A stretch of DNA of 64,000 nucleotides, taken from assembly GCF_009914755.1 (NCBI RefSeq), contig NC_060926.1, one strand, 5' to 3'. The notes under the pieces were generated by a model. The model saw nothing but the letters and a program-made list of their open reading frames with translations, did no database searches and was not told the origin of the DNA. Each line of letters begins with the position of its first letter. Within the stretch, counting starts at the first letter, position 1. The stretch comes from the human T2T-CHM13v2.0 reference genome, Homo sapiens. Positions 1-11,782 of this stretch are shown here, in pieces. A program made the translations under genes and the position numbers.

Positions 1-923
1 TAACATGCAGTGCGGTATTTTCAGTTTCTTAGAAGCAAATCCCATTCCATAGGGGGCTTCGCAGTTACCAGTAATTTACAAAATTAAAAAAAACCCAACC
101 AACCATCCTACAGAATCTTTCTGAACCTTTTTCTCCAGAGTTTCTTTGTTCTCTACACTTGCAGGTACTTCTCAGATGCCCGTGGTCATGGGGTGATCTT
201 AGTCTTTCTTAGCCCATCCCTTTGTCTAATTGCTGTAAGACATCCTATCCCACACCCTCATGCTGAAGAGTCCTATTGTGACTTTTCAAATGACCCGTGA
301 TGTAATGTGGAATGAAGGTAGAGTCTGAGTAACACTTGGAATCCCTGGAGTACTAAAGTTTGTATCAGCCCTTGTAGCCTGCTCCCTGGAGGACCCAGCT
401 GCCTAATCCTGAGTTCATTAGAACCTGGGCCCTGACCGGAACAGCTCACTCTGGGTGTTACTGTCCTGTGACGCACCTGCGTGGGAAGGGCCGCCCTCGC
501 AGACATCATGTTCTCTCTAAGATTCATAGGTGGTTCTAAAATCACACCCAGGTGCTCTCCTCGAAGGGCAGGGGAAATAAAGGTTTTGAGGTTTCTGATT
601 TGATTAATTCTGGGCTATGGGAAAGCCCTCCGATTTATATATGACAATACAAGTTGTTCTTTGTAGCAATAAAAAGTGCAAATTTTCCTTCCTAGGGAAA
701 AAATTATTTAGTAGCATACAGCTGATATCTATGTAATTTGAGAAGTGTAAAAATGGCATTATGTTTCTCAATAGGGTCACTTGGGGACATAAAATGCCTC
801 CTTCCTAGGGTGGTGTGAGGGTGACCATCAGTGACACCAGCCTCTTGGAGTTGGAGTCACGCTGGGCAGCCCTTGAGCCCCTGCGGAGGCTGATCTGACC
901 CACAAGGTAGTTGTTTTTTTCAA

Positions 924-1243
924 CCTCTCTCCTTTTTTTTTTCTCTTTTCTTTTTTCCTTCCTTCCTTCCTTCCTTCTTTCCTTCCTTCCTTCCTTCCCT
1001 CCCTCCCTCCCTTCTCTCCCTCCCTCCCTCCCTTCTCTCCCTCCCTCCCTCCCTTCCCTCTATCCCTCCCTCCCTTCCCTCTATCCCTCCCTCCCTCCCT
1101 CCCTTCTCTCTCTCCCTCCCTCCCTTCTATCTCTCCCTCCCTCCCTCCCTTCTATCTCTCCCTCCCTCCCTCCCTCCCTTCTCTCTATCTCTCCCTCCCT
1201 CCCTTCTCTCTATCTCTCTCTCTTTCTGTCTCTCTCTGTCTCT
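924..1243. repeat. Long polypyrimidine / (CTCC)n-(CTTC)n low-complexity tract replacing an Alu A-tail
   Basis: ~320 nt of almost only C/T, running directly into an antisense Alu; explains the spurious Pro/Ser/Leu ORF 911..1348. Confidence 0.92.
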
Positions 1244-1516
1244 GATGAAGTCTCCCTCTGTTGCCAGGCTGGAGTGCAGTGTGCGATCTCAGCTCACTTT
1301 AGCCTCCGCCTCCTGGGTTCAAGCCATTCTCCTGCCTTAGCCTCTTGAGTAGCCGGGACTACAGGTGTGTACCGCTATGCCCAGCTAGTTTTTGTATTTT
1401 TGGTAGAGACAGGGTTTCACCATGTTGGCCAGGATGGTCTTGATCTGACCTCATGATCCACCCACCTTGGCCTCCCAAAGTGCTGGGATTACAGGCGTGA
1501 GCCACTGTGCCTGGCC
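1244..1516 (-). mobile_element. Alu (AluS-type), antisense
   Basis: ccaggctggagtgcagtg ... cctcccaaagtgctgggattacaggcgtgagccactgtgcctggcc. Confidence 0.95.
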
Positions 1517-2624
1517 TCTTTCTTTGTTTCTTAAGAAAAGAACATTACATCATTCAATGCTTAAGATGATTTTGTAACTTTCAGCCTTAAATTTTCATAT
1601 ACCTTATTCCAGTTGGAAAAGTAGAATGAGGCTTTTCCTTTCTTCTGGAAAGTCTTCAAAAGGGCCATGGACCCTGTAGAAAATCCCATTTGAAAATGAC
1701 AGCCTGGAAAGAGCTAAGGACAAGGGCTGGACTCCCTGATACATTAGCACCTCTAACTTGTTTCATTTACTAAATCACGGATTAATCGGGTGGTTCTCAG
1801 TGCCAAGCACATAGTCAGTGCTGGATCCCTGCTCTTGAGAAAGGATCTTTCATCGAAGGAGCCCCCAGGAGTAACCACCAGTTTACTACAAATGCCAGGG
1901 CTGGGGAGCACGTGAAAAACACCAGAGGGATGGAGTGCCACGTGACTGCAGGGTGGATCACCCAGCGTCTTCAATGCATTGTCATTAAAATAAAATCGAC
2001 TTAAAGTGGCCTAAGAGAAAAATTGTAATTTGTGGACATGACTTGGATCCTGATTCAAGTAAATCAGCTACAGAAAGTCACTTATGAGACAGGAAAATCG
2101 GGACACTAATGAGATATGAGCTTTATATTAAGGAATTGGTAATGATGTGGGGTGTGATACTGAAGTTGTGCTGATCTGTTGGTGATAAGCACTGAAGTGT
2201 TTGTGGGCAAACTAATTTTTGCTTGTGATTTGCTTTAGCCATCTTGTGAGGGCTGGGGTGTGACTGCATGTACAATTGTTGAGATTGGATGAGAAAGTAT
2301 TTTTACATATAGTGAAACATCACAATTCAAATGCAAAATGGCATGGCTATGTTACAATGTGATGCAGGAGCTTGGCCCAGGAAGCCAGCTGTAGTGCTTA
2401 AACTGGGTTTTGAAGAATGAATAGGTGTTGAAAATGGAAGAATCAGTTCTTTCTGGTGTGCAAGAGGAGATACTTGGTAGGCAAAGTGTGGGTCACCTGG
2501 TGGTTTTGACCTCGAGTTCTTTCAATTCACTCATCCTTGCATTTGCTCACACAAGGTTTTTCAAGTTCCTGTTGCGTGTGTCATATGTCGTGACACATAT
2601 GTATGGTTGAGTCTCACAAAAGTC

Positions 2625-2992
2625 CCAGGCTGCCATGGGAAAGTACCACAGACTGAGGGGCTTACACAGCAATTTATGCCCTCACAGTTCTGAAGGCTGG
2701 AAGTCCAAGATCAAGGGCTCAGCAGGGTTGGTTTCTTCTGGGGCCTTTCTCCAGCGCTTGCAGACAGATGCCTTCTTGCTGTGTCTTCATAAGGTCTTTT
2801 CAACGTGCACACCCTCCTGGTATCTCTTCCTCTCTTAAAAGGCCAGCAGTCCTATTGGATTAGGGTCCCTGATTCATTTTAACCACCTCTTTAAAGACCT
2901 TTTCACTGTCACATTATGAAGTACTGGGTGTTGAGACTTCAACATATGAATTTTTTTGGAGGTAGGGCAAGGACACAATTTAGCCCATAGCA
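2625..2992 (-). mobile_element. MaLR LTR (MLT1-type)
   Basis: MLT1 motifs: aagtaccacagactg..gcttaca, ctcacagttctgaaggctggaagtccaagatcaagg, cttcaacatatgaattt..ggacacaatttagcccata. Confidence 0.8.
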
Positions 2993-3628
2993 GATGGGAT
3001 GCACTTCATGGTGTAATCAGTACTATATAAGCACTTATGACTTATTCACAGAATAATGAGTACTGTCTAAGATGCTAAGGGAACTTGGAGGGAAGAGCGT
3101 TTAACTGTCCATGGAGCCATCCAGGAGGTCTTCCTGGAGGAGGGGCTTTTGAAGAGCTTCTTGAATGAGAGATCTTACCTCACCCACTGAGCACTGCTAG
3201 AAGAAGAGGGAGTGGTGGAAGGCAGTTCCCAACACTGAGGGGGAGAGGGCAGGCAGGGAAGGGAGCGAGCGGGACTCTGTTAGTAGTGGAGGGCTGTGAT
3301 GTCAGAATGGGCCTGAAAGGAGAGTGGGTGCTGAGGTCTCATTCAGTGGCAGGGCCAGGGCTGAGAGGGAGGGAGAAAGAGCACACACATCCCCACTCTT
3401 CATTCCTGGGCCTCAGCTTAGCAGAGGATGCAGTGATAGAAACAGGGAAAGGAGTGTGGAATTTTATCTAAAGCTGTGCTTAATTACCAAAGTAAAACAT
3501 ATTATAAAAGTTCAGATGTTATAGAAATTAACCCTTCTCACCCCCGATTCTACTCCCTAAAAGTGTTAATAATAGTTGTGTCTCACCTTCTGGCCCGCTT
3601 CTTAAGATGCTATTTGAAAAAAACAAAA

Positions 3629-3700
3629 GTGTGTGTGTGTGAGAGAGAGAGCGAGCGAGCAAGCACACAAGCAAGCTGGCAGTAGAGGGAGGGAGAGAGA
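3629..3700. repeat. Compound (GT)n(GA)n(GAGC)n microsatellite
   Basis: gtgtgtgtgtgtgagagagagagcgagcgagc, followed by a GA-rich stretch. Confidence 0.8.
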
Positions 3701-4212
3701 GAAAAACAGGATTTGCTTTCCTGACTCCTCACTCTTCCCTCCCTCTTTCCTTCCTTCAGAAAAAGGGGGGTTTGCACAGTTTTTATTCAGTATGCATTTT
3801 AGTGTTTACAGTTTATTTTTGTCAGCATGCTTTTTACTGGTGTTGTCACTACCTAGACAATGGCTGAATCCTGTGCATGCTTAATAAAATGCTGGTGAAC
3901 CTGTTAAAAAGGCAATATGTAATTAAATTGTCTAGTTATGGCACTGAGATGTATAGCAAGGTTTTTATGTTGATTACAAAGACAAGTAGCAGTTTGGACT
4001 AGAGGAAAAACCTTAGAGAAACACCTGGGCAGACCTTTTAGAGAATGGAGTACTGCTGGATTTAAGAGGCTAGCATTAAATATATCAAGAAAACCCTTTA
4101 CAAACCTTGTCACAAATTTACAAAATTTGTCACTAATCGAATTCCTATATGTTAGAATTTTTAGGCAGCAGACTGTAAATCTTAAATTTATATTAATATT
4201 TGCCCGGCTATG

Positions 4213-4513
<301 letters not shown>

Positions 4514-4741
4514 CTATTATTTTAGTAAGCTTTGATACATTTTTGGCACCACATCATCAATTTTTGATAATGTCCATTCCCATATGTCCCAAAGATATAG
4601 GATTGGAGTTGAGTGGGGTGGTGGATGAGGGAACAGAGAGGCATTTGGTGGCCAAGTTAGGCCTACAGCCCTGTCATCCTGACCCATGGCCTTGTTGCTT
4701 CCTTTTCTGGCTGTAATTTGCTTCTCATTATATATGGATGA

Positions 4742-5180
4742 TGTAGGGTAAACACACCTGCCAGCAATAACTTAAGCAGACCCTTAGAATGACCTTGTGT
4801 GGCAGACGTACCTGAATGTGTGTTCCCAGCTAGGGAATCCAGAAGTTGCCAGCCTGGAGATTCAGTCCTTGTCTTTAAGGAGCATCTGAGTCCCTGCAGC
4901 TTGTCTCGTGGAACAGGTGTGATTGAGGCCCTGAGTTTTGGGTTGCATGAAGGATGCCAGGTGGAGGTCCTTTGTCAGGGAGTGTGTTCAGTGAAAATGC
5001 TACATGAATTGCATGATGCTTGCAGGCGGGTGCGGGTCTCCTGTCCAGCCCGCTGCCACTGGACTCTCTCCCTTCTCTGTAAGCCCCTAATAAAACCCTG
5101 GCTGGCTCTGGATCTCTTCAGCCTCTTGAACCTGGTGCCTCCCCTAGTACAGTTAATAGGGGTTTGGCCCATCGATTGAC
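4742..5180 (+). mobile_element. ERV-derived solo LTR (LTR47-like, family uncertain)
   Basis: Starts TG; agcaataacttaagca..ccttagaatgacc..ggcagacgtacctgaatgtgtgttcc resembles an LTR U3; AATAAA at ~5089. Confidence 0.6.
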
Positions 5181-6389
5181 CTACTGCTTGCTATTTCCTT
5201 CTTTTCTCAGTTCTGGAGTATTTGAAGGCAGAAATCATTATTCCAGAACCTAGAACTGACAGACGTTAAACTCTAATCAGTCACTTTTCTCCTGCAAACA
5301 CCTGCCTTGGCCACTCTTTGGCTTTCTAGAGAATTAGAAATTAGTTCTGTTTTTTCCCTCGTGTTTTCATTAATCAGCTTCTAATTAACCTACTAACCAG
5401 CATTAATATATGGAATTGATATAATTTCAGCCTAGTGCAGAAAAACTTGATACTTTTACTTTTCAGGACAGCTTTATCTTGAGTGAAAAATCTAATTGCA
5501 GTGAGGCTTTTTGAAGCTGCTTCAGCTGTTTCTAAACCCTGCCTGGGAACCACTGTGCACTGGATGATTAAGAGACAGCTAAGGTCATCTCCTTGGACAC
5601 CTTTGAGTTTCGGATTGATAAACACATCTAAGCTGCTCAGTATCAGTCCACATGGGTTGAACTTTGGCCAAACCACTCAAAGAAACTTGTGTAGCTTTGT
5701 TCAGTATCTGAAACCAGCCTTTTCCCACTTGAATAAGGTTCTCTTCCAAGTGGTTCACTAGGAATGAAATATAGCTAGCTCTGCCAGAATTCCCTCAGAC
5801 AGCGCTGACCCCGTGCTGTGTTGGGCTGGCACTGCCGCCTCCGTACTCTGAACGGGAGATCCGCTTGCAGGCCTCTGCTGGGCCTCCTTGGTCAGGGAGG
5901 GAGGAGGGAAGGGTAAGACAAGGCATTTGAGAGCTCCGAGGCCTATGCTAATCCATGCTTTTTTGTTTTTCTTTTTAAATAAAAGGAAAAGGACAATTGC
6001 CTTAGCTCTGGCTACAGACTAGGGATCTGGAGTGGTTCTCTCCATGTGTAACACAGATTAGATTTGGTTATGATACACACCCGAGTCCAACATCTGCTCA
6101 TTACTGACCCAGCCAGGTGACACTATTCAACAAGGCTTTTTTTTTTTTTTTTCCCTCCTGTGCTAACATCTAAGAGAAGCAGTACCGTTGAAAACAAACT
6201 TGGTGTGTGTACATTCATGGGCTTGCTTCTTGATGTAGCCTGACATGGTTCCTAGCTGATTTGAGAGGTTGGAGCCGGCCACCCAGGGTGGCAGATACCC
6301 CAGACAGATGGCATCAGCAGATGCGATTTGCAGAATGCGACTGTCAAGGTTCTAGCCCTTTCGTGGTGATCTTTGTCAGGAGAAGGAGC

Positions 6390-6520
6390 ACTCTGGCTTT
6401 AAAATCAGACAAGTGTGCATTCAAATTCTGGTTGTGAGACATCTGGTCATTTGGTTCCTGGGCTGAATGATAAGATGTATCTCCCAGGGTTGCTGTGACG
6501 ATTCTTGCAGCTGATGCTAA
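6390..6520 (+). mobile_element. MIR fragment
   Basis: gcactctggctttaaaatcagaca...ttcaaattctgg...tatctcccagggttgctgtgacgatt. Confidence 0.5.
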
Positions 6521-9471
6521 GGTGAAGCCACGGCGAGTGTCTCACTGGAATCAGAACATGTTCTTCTCCCAGCCTGTCACCGTTTCTATCATTTGGACAG
6601 TGGGAGAGGAGGGATTCCCTGAGCCTCCTGAAGGCTGACTTTAGTCTCTTGGTGACTTCAGTTTTCTGGACAAATAGGCCACCTCAAAAACAGGTTGAGT
6701 GACAGCACCCAGTGGTATTATGTCCACAAAGCTCACAGCCTTGGGCTGTCATCAGAACAAGGCTCATAACTCCCTTCTTAACCCTGAACTGCTCCTCTGG
6801 AGTTGCCTTAGTCAGGGACCTCATCACTGGACTTCCCTCTCAGATGCTGATAGTTGGAGGAAACCAGCCCAGGTGCAGCAGAAGACACTGCGCCAGCACC
6901 ACACAGGCATTGGGGATGCAGAATCGGCCACGACTGCTTGCAGGGGGGCATCTCACTGCCTGGCCCTGCGCCTGGGACAAGTAGTGTGGCCTGGCAGTGC
7001 TCAGCACACTCGCCCAACACTGCAGCTAAGTGCTGCTGAAAACACTGGAAAACCCTGGGTTGTGGCTTTAGTGGAAAAAAAGCAAATTTTAAGGTTACAG
7101 AGAATTCAGATAATCCCTTGGATTTTGCAGTGGTAAAATTTTGTAGTATTAAGGATCCACATTAAAATGAAGAGATACGTACGGTATCAGTGTTAATTGC
7201 CTTCCAGCCCTCCCTCCTTTATTTCTAAAGGGAGATGCACGTAGTGCTAGTGAAGTACTTTTAGAGAAAAGCACACACTCCTTCTGTATATTCCTGTCCT
7301 GAAGCTGGCTGTAGAAAATCCTTGAATCCTTTGGTGAGGGCCTTCTACAGTCCAAGTGACCGTATAGGTGTTTATCTTTCAGGCTGATACTGTTTTTTGC
7401 ACAAAAGTGTATACTTTCCTGATGGATTTCGATCACTGATTATAATTAAGACCTGCTTTGAAATGCTCTTCCTTAACACAGGTTTTGAATAAGCTAAGAG
7501 CCCCATGTTAAACTTGGGCAGTCTTCATTTAAACCCAGAGAGAGAGATGTTGACCACCATGTTTTATTCTACTTAGGGTGTACACTTAACACATTGACAG
7601 TTTGTCAGTGGAATGCTTTTCTCAAGGAAAACATCGCATGCAACCTTCACGTTTTACACTTGAATCCCAGATGGCCACTGGCACCTTTCAATGGATTTTC
7701 AGTAGCCTCACTTTTGTTGGAGCTGCTGCATTAGTTCAAGTCCTGCTCCGTTCTGTCTGGCTTTTCCTTTACTGATTGTGCTTGGAGAGGCCGTGTTCTG
7801 ACTTGCCCACTGTGCCTAGTATCAAAGGACTCAAGTTCTAAATCCAGCTCATTGTTCTTTTGCGGGGTCTGGTAGAGAAGCTGCTCAGGCTTTTGGTTTG
7901 CTGTTGGCATAAGGAGTCTCTCCTCTGTTCGCATGCAGAAGAGATTAGAGATGTGCAAAGCCCACTCATCCGGAGTCCAAGGCCTAAGTGATTCCTCACT
8001 CTCCAGTCGGTTGGGAAAAACCTTTAGTGTCGCTGAGAAAGTGAACTCCTCTGTACATTTGGGCATTAGAATCCATCCTGGCAGTGTATCAGAAGGATTA
8101 AATCATATTACTCATGAGACACAGGGCACACAGGGGGGAGGCCTGTATTTGGACAGCCCAAACAACCGCATAAAACAATTCCTTGCATTTGCCTGTGGAA
8201 GGCAGACTCTGGGCAAATTCACTTCCCAGTTAAAATCTTAACAACACAACTTAACGTTTATAATAGCCCCTGAAAATGACACATACAGAGGTGGTGTTTG
8301 GGGCATGGTACCCAGCACATTGCCCTTTGCTGATGTTCAGTGGTGTCAGCATGAGAAACAAGAACTCTTGGTCAAGAACTGAGTTCAGATTCCAATACTT
8401 CCATCTCGAGAGGACCTGTCATTTTATTATAAACACTTAACAGAGAGAAGGGCAATCTGCCTAGTATACGTTTGAACTTCTTGCCCAAAGATGTATTCCC
8501 ACTGTGTTTGGCCATCACCTTTTCCTTGCCTTAAATTATATCTGTATTAAAATGATGCGGCCTTTAAAACAGTGCTAGAGAATACATAAAAAGGAATTAA
8601 TTTTTAAATCAAAATTTATGAACTTGCCTTATAACATTTTTATGATAGCCCTATTTGAATTATCTTCTTATCTTTGACTAAAATAGAATTCGATTTTTCT
8701 ATGGGGTATTTAACATTTTGGGTCATAATCATGCTAGGGATGAATTAATAGATCTTCTCTGAGTGAACTGTCAAGACAGATCCCCATTGGGTTTGAAATG
8801 TAATTAAAAATGTCAGTGAACTCACTTGAAGTCCACAGAGTGCTCCAGGGTCCCCTCGAAAACGTTAGTCAAGGACTGAAAATACTTACCAAGTGCAGTG
8901 AACATAACGCAGCTGCCAGCTCTCCACAACCAGGAGGGCGCTGGTCACCTTTGTCAGGTGCCTCTCATCTTAACTTCCGTCTAGTTTTGGAGTGTTCGTC
9001 TCAGAAGTCTTGAAACTAGGGGTGCTTTTTAGCCCAAGGCTATGGGTCCGGTTGGTGGCTTCTCAATAAATGGCTGGTGCAACAGACCTCCAAGAGAGGA
9101 ACGAGTCTCTAAACAATATCCATGCCCTTTGTAACCCTTCTCCGTCATTAGACTCTCAGACTGGCCACCTTTCCAATGGGCAGACTCCCTTTTATTTCTG
9201 GGAGGCTTTTAAAGGTGGGGGTCATTGGGAGGAGGAAGTCTGGAAGGGACTGGGAGCTCAGGTCCCTTGATTATGGGCTGGCTGTTCCCCCACACCCCAT
9301 CACCTCCTTCCACCTGCTGTTCACCGGGTGTGTGGTTGGCCCTCCCCAACCCGAGTGTCGGAGCTTGCCCAGGGAATGAAAGGTGGGAAGAGGGGAGTAC
9401 ATGTGTGTTGATGGAGGTCTTTAGGCACAGAGCAGCTTTAATCTGGGATATATTTAAAACATTGGTTTCAA

Positions 9472-9654
9472 AATACATAAAATTAGCCAGGGGTGGTGGC
9501 ATGCCTGTGGTCCCAGCTAATGGGGAGACTTAGGCAGGAGGATCACTTGAGCTCAGGAGGTGCAAGTTGCCGTGAAGTAAGATCGTACAACCACACTCCA
9601 GCCTGGGTGACAGAGGAGACCCTGTCTCAAAAAAATAAATAAATAACAAAAAAA
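9472..9654 (+). mobile_element. Alu right monomer (FRAM/AluJ-type)
   Basis: aaattagccagg..tggtggcatgcctgtggtcccagcta ... gagaccctgtctcaaaaaaa. Confidence 0.9.
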
Positions 9655-9753
9655 CCCATTAGTTTTAGGCAAATAAATAACCAGTTATTTTTAAAAGTGG
9701 TTACTTAAAATCAAAGAAGCAAGCAGACCTAATATATGCTTCTTTCTTTTTAG

Positions 9754-9937
9754 ATTTCATGTGTTCTTTGTATACAAGCGACGTCCCAGATTATAATTCT
9801 CTGCTGAGATTTGAGTTGGATTTGAGGATTTGGAGAATCCCTGCAGCTTTGTAACTTCAGAGGTGTAATTAGCTGAAAACATCATCGTTTTGAAGAGTTC
9901 TGCGTTTTGCCAGTCACCTCTCAACTGTGTGCCAAAG
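9754..9937 (+). other. NCK2: NCK2 non-coding 5'UTR exon (184 nt)
   Basis: Branch-like cctaat (9728-9733), tract ttctttctttttag acceptor (AG 9752-9753), consensus donor aag|gtaagt (GT 9938); unique sequence between repeats; consistent with recalled NCK2 mRNA structure. Confidence 0.82.
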
Positions 9938-10195
9938 GTAAGTCTGCAGTTTTCTGCTTAAAACAGAAGTTGCAGCTTTTTGCTTCAAATGCTTAATTTG
10001 GACAGTAAGTTTAGTAAAATATCAGTCAGTGTAGCCTTGATTTGTTGAATCACATTAAATTTAAGCTTTCAATGAGGGAGAAAATTAGATTATCTCTGTT
10101 CCTGCTTTAGTGTGTGATGGTTCTGAGTATGTAGCCAGGAAGCAGGATGGTAGACACCTACAACCTGTAAGATGGTACAGGTACCTCCACACTCA

Positions 10196-10522
<327 letters not shown>

Positions 10523-10893
10523 TCAAATGAGATGCAGACAGATGAAGGATTCTCAGGAAGGTTTTACCTGTTCATATGAAAAACCTACTTGTGTATGTTA
10601 CAATAAAATCATAACTGTGATGCAACATGTGGATTCTGGGACCCAGTGGTGCTATCACCACAGGCACCAGACAAAAACATGTCACTGTGCAACAAAAATA
10701 TTTCTTAGCCCTAACATCTTAAGACATTTAACTTAAAATATGAATTGCTGTTTGTAGTCCAGTTAATCCGGTGTTCTGTTTCTGGCTGGGCAGTAAGAAG
10801 TGCTTTATGAGAAGACACGTTTTCACCTCCAGAGCTTTGTCTCAGAATGAACTGCAAGAATAACACTAGCTTTCCTTAAAAACTTTTAATTTG

Positions 10894-11782
10894 CTCAAAA
10901 AAATTTACAAGAAAAAAAACAACCCCATCAACAAGTGGGCAAAGGATATGAACAGACACTGCTCAAAAGAAGACATTTATGCAGCCAAAAGGCACATGAA
11001 AAAATGCTCATCATCACTGGCCATCAGAGAAATGCAAATCAAAACCACAATGAGATACCATCTCACACCAGTTAGAATGGTGATCATTAAAAAGTCAGGA
11101 AACAACAGGTGCTGGAGAGGATGTGGAGAAATAGGAACACTTTTTCACTGTTGGTGGGACTGTAAACTAGTTCAACCATTGTGGAAGACAGTGTGGCGAT
11201 TCCTCAGGGATCTAGAACTAGAAATACCATTTGACCCAGCCATCCCATTACTGGGTATATACCTAAAGGAATATAAATCATGCTGCTATAAAGACACATG
11301 CACACGTATGTTTATTGCAGCACTACTCATAATAGCAAAGACTTGGAACCAACCCAAATGTCCAACAATGATGGACTGATTAAGAAAATGTGGCACATAT
11401 ACACCATGAAATACTATGCAGCCATAAAAAGTGATGAGTTCATGTCCTTTGTAGGGACATGGATGAAGCTGGAAACCATCATTCTCAGCAAACTATCGCA
11501 AGGACAAAAAACCAAACACTGCATGTTCTAACTCATAGGTGGGAATTGAACAATGAGAACACTTGGACACAGGAAGGGGAACACCACACACTGGGGCCTG
11601 TTTTGGGGTGGGGGGAGGGGGGAGGGGGGAGGGATAGCATTAGGAGATATACCTAATGTAAATGACGAGTTAATGGGTGCAGCACACCAACATGGCACAT
11701 GTATACATATATAACAAACCTGCACGTTTTGCACATGTACCCTAGAACTTAAAAGTATAATAAAAATATATATATATAAAAA
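10894..11782 (+). mobile_element. 5'-truncated L1PA (L1PA4-like): ORF2 C-terminus and 3'UTR
   Basis: ORF 10891..11379 ([16 protein letters not shown]...[18 protein letters not shown]) is the L1 ORF2p C-terminal Cys-rich region; G-rich 3'UTR; taccctagaacttaaaagtataataa end. Confidence 0.97.

Noticed and set aside
911-1348. 145-aa Pro/Ser/Leu-rich ORF
   Set aside because: Translation of a CT simple repeat plus antisense Alu
11605-11635. Strong G-quadruplex motif
   Set aside because: Standard L1 3'UTR G-tract found in many copies
10891-11656. ORFs resembling a real protein
   Set aside because: Frameshifted C-terminus of a truncated L1 ORF2; not a host gene
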